DNA of 52,588 nt from Octopus bimaculoides. Lineage: Eukaryota. The position numbers were made by a program, and so were the translations under genes. The notes under the pieces were generated by a model. The model was not told the DNA's origin and did not search any database. It saw nothing but the letters and a program-made list of their open reading frames with translations. Shown here one piece after another: positions 50,501-52,588 of the stretch; within the stretch, counting starts at the first letter, position 1, and each line of letters opens with the position of its first letter. The stretch spans positions 75,167,956 to 75,220,543 of the forward strand of contig NC_068983.1 of the NCBI RefSeq assembly GCF_001194135.2, written 5' to 3'.

Positions 50501-51524
50501 ACTGAAACAAGTACAAGATAAATTATAAATATATACACAAACTCACTCACACATGCACACACTTACACTGACAGAAGCACAAACACACACAGACATGCAC
50601 ACACAATTATTTCACAAGTGATTCATACAACACTGATACTGTTGCATTCCTGTGGAATTCATCAAGAGAGTAGAGTAGCTGTGCATGTTTTCCCTGTAAA
50701 TTTGTCAATGTACAAGTGCAATAAAAGACCAGTTCTTAAATGACACCATGCAAATAAGGGAACCTCTTGACATAGTTGCTTTACATGCTAATCACACCCT
50801 ACCAACTAAAGAAAAAATGCAGGGACAGTCATAGCTAAACACTTCTCTCATAACTGTGCTCAGTAAAAGCTGATCTGAAATTAAACAACCAGCTAGTTGG
50901 GGGAAGCCTTTATGTAGTTGCTCAAACAGATAGAAATAGCAGCCAAATTTCTCTCAAATGTGTCTAAGATAAAAGACAAGGATGGTCACAGTTGGTATGC
51001 TTTTCATCATGGGTCAGCTCAGTCAGGGTCGAGTGGGGTTAAACAACAACAAAAATGACAAACAATCTAACAAGGCCTCTAACTAGTCACATGACCTGCT
51101 AAAAATAGTAGCTAAATCTCTTGAAGTCTATAGGATGCTGTGAAGTCTATAGGATGCTGGTGAATAGAATGGCTTTAATTATAGGCCCATTTGATCAAGT
51201 GTTATCAGCCTAAACAGCAAGGAGAGCAAACTCATCATTTTGATGTCTATTTTGCCATGTTTGCTTCAATCAAATGAAATTCACTGAAGCATATTTTCTG
51301 TAGTTGGATGCTCTTCCCCTATGTCAGTGAAGTTTGTTTACAATTAGTGTGCAGTGTCAAGACAAGAAGACATGTATGTAACACACACAACTGGTTTCTT
51401 TCAGTTTCCGTCTATTAAATCAACTCACAAGGTTTTAGTTGGCCCGAAGCTATGAAAGAGGACACTTGCTCAAGTGTCATGCAGTGGGACTGGGCCAGAA
51501 AACAAACCTCTTGAAGCAAATCTC

Positions 51525-51748
51525 TTAACCCTTAATCATTTAAACCAGCTATATCCAGGCTGAATATTCTATCTGTTTTTATGTTCAAACTAGCCGGATT
51601 TGGCCTTTCACACTTACCCATGTCATTCTAAAATAAATAATCACATCATGGAAGTCACAAAGCTATGAGATAATGTATGATTAATTCAAAATAATGCAAA
51701 TAAATAAGCATTATAGTTGACAGAGTAATCTGAATACTAAAGAGTTAA
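51525..51748. mobile_element. Family H MITE inserted at a TTAA inside a SINE A head
   Basis: SINE A normally reads ...ttcttaaccacacagcc on this strand. Here it reads tctcTTAA-[MITE]-TTAAatacacagcc. Confidence 0.8.
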
Positions 51749-52470
51749 ATACACAGCCATACATGTACCTACCAAGAACACACATGCATATGCAATCACC
51801 TTTGGCCAGGATTGACCATGCATCAGCATTTATATGCACAGGCCCAGGCAAGGTATTTTGCATTCAAGCCACCCATGTAATCCAAGGATAAAAACTACTA
51901 CATCAGACCCAATACAGCTTGGTGCCAGTATCACCCTTCTGGGATGCAGATAGCTGCAACAGATACGGAAAATTATCTTTCCCACTGCTCTAACACTTCT
52001 GCCAATCTATTACTCTAGATTGCTTCTTTTTTTAACATCCCAAAAAAGGATGAAGGGTAAAGCTGACCTCAGCAGGGTTTGAACCTCTGGGTGCAGAAGT
52101 CAGAACAAACATCATGAGTCATTCAACTCACCGCTCTAACAACTCTACCAAATCTCTCAAAACACACAAAAAACTGTTGAAATTGTGATAAATAATCTTG
52201 ATGACGATGATGATGATCAAAAAATGACAATTTCTGAGGGAGTGGGACACTGAATTAAATAAATTTTAATATGTAACTGGTACTTATTTTATTGACACCA
52301 AGCTGGATGAAAAGCACAATGTGACCTCAGCAGTATTTAATCAAGATTAGGAGATGCATTAGATACACAGCAGTTGTTAACCTAGACATTCCTTCACAGT
52401 AACACTAAATCTGTTGACATACACATGGAATTTATTAAATACTCGCATACAAATTTTCTTCATACATGGA

Positions 52471-52507
<37 letters not shown>

Positions 52508-52508
<1 letters not shown>

Positions 52509-52553
52509 CCCATGCTAGCATGGAAAGCGGACGTTAAACGATGATGATGATGA

Positions 52554-52557
<4 letters not shown>
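52508..52557 (+). mobile_element. Minimal (~50 bp) family B 3' stub within (TA)n
   Basis: (ta)n-acccatgctagcatggaaagcggacgttaaacgatgatgatgatgatgat-(at)n, identical to the young consensus. Confidence 0.85.

Positions 52558-52588
<31 letters not shown>

Overview
AT-rich, repeat-dense animal genomic DNA with six assembly gaps. The repeat families and microsatellite load suggest an octopus (inference). It holds the 3' part of one minus-strand gene that the ORF track mostly misses: eight GT-AG exons (47545-47445, 44624-44549, 40308-40194, 30102-30061, 12081-11939, 5858-5766, 3912-3863, 1207-1008). Their splice phases chain without a break into 272 aa: a long coiled coil, a Ser/Thr-rich linker and a C-terminal hydrophobic anchor, i.e. 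a tail-anchored coiled-coil protein. SLMAP is the leading but unconfirmed candidate. The introns are filled with mobile DNA: young 5'-truncated RTE-type LINE ends with (ATG)n tails, several tRNA-derived SINE families, a full-length dead mariner, a decayed Tc1/mariner (maT/DD37D-like) transposase, an R4/Dong-type fragment sitting in (TAA)n, a Helentron-type HINE, and TTAA- and hAT-type MITEs. I found no CRISPR array, rRNA or true tRNA gene, and no convincing new multi-gene system. The best leads are a tandem stem-loop array in the LINE 3' UTR, microsatellite-targeted insertions, and intronic inverted repeats near in-frame skippable exons. Exon coordinates were counted base by base; most repeat boundaries are approximate.
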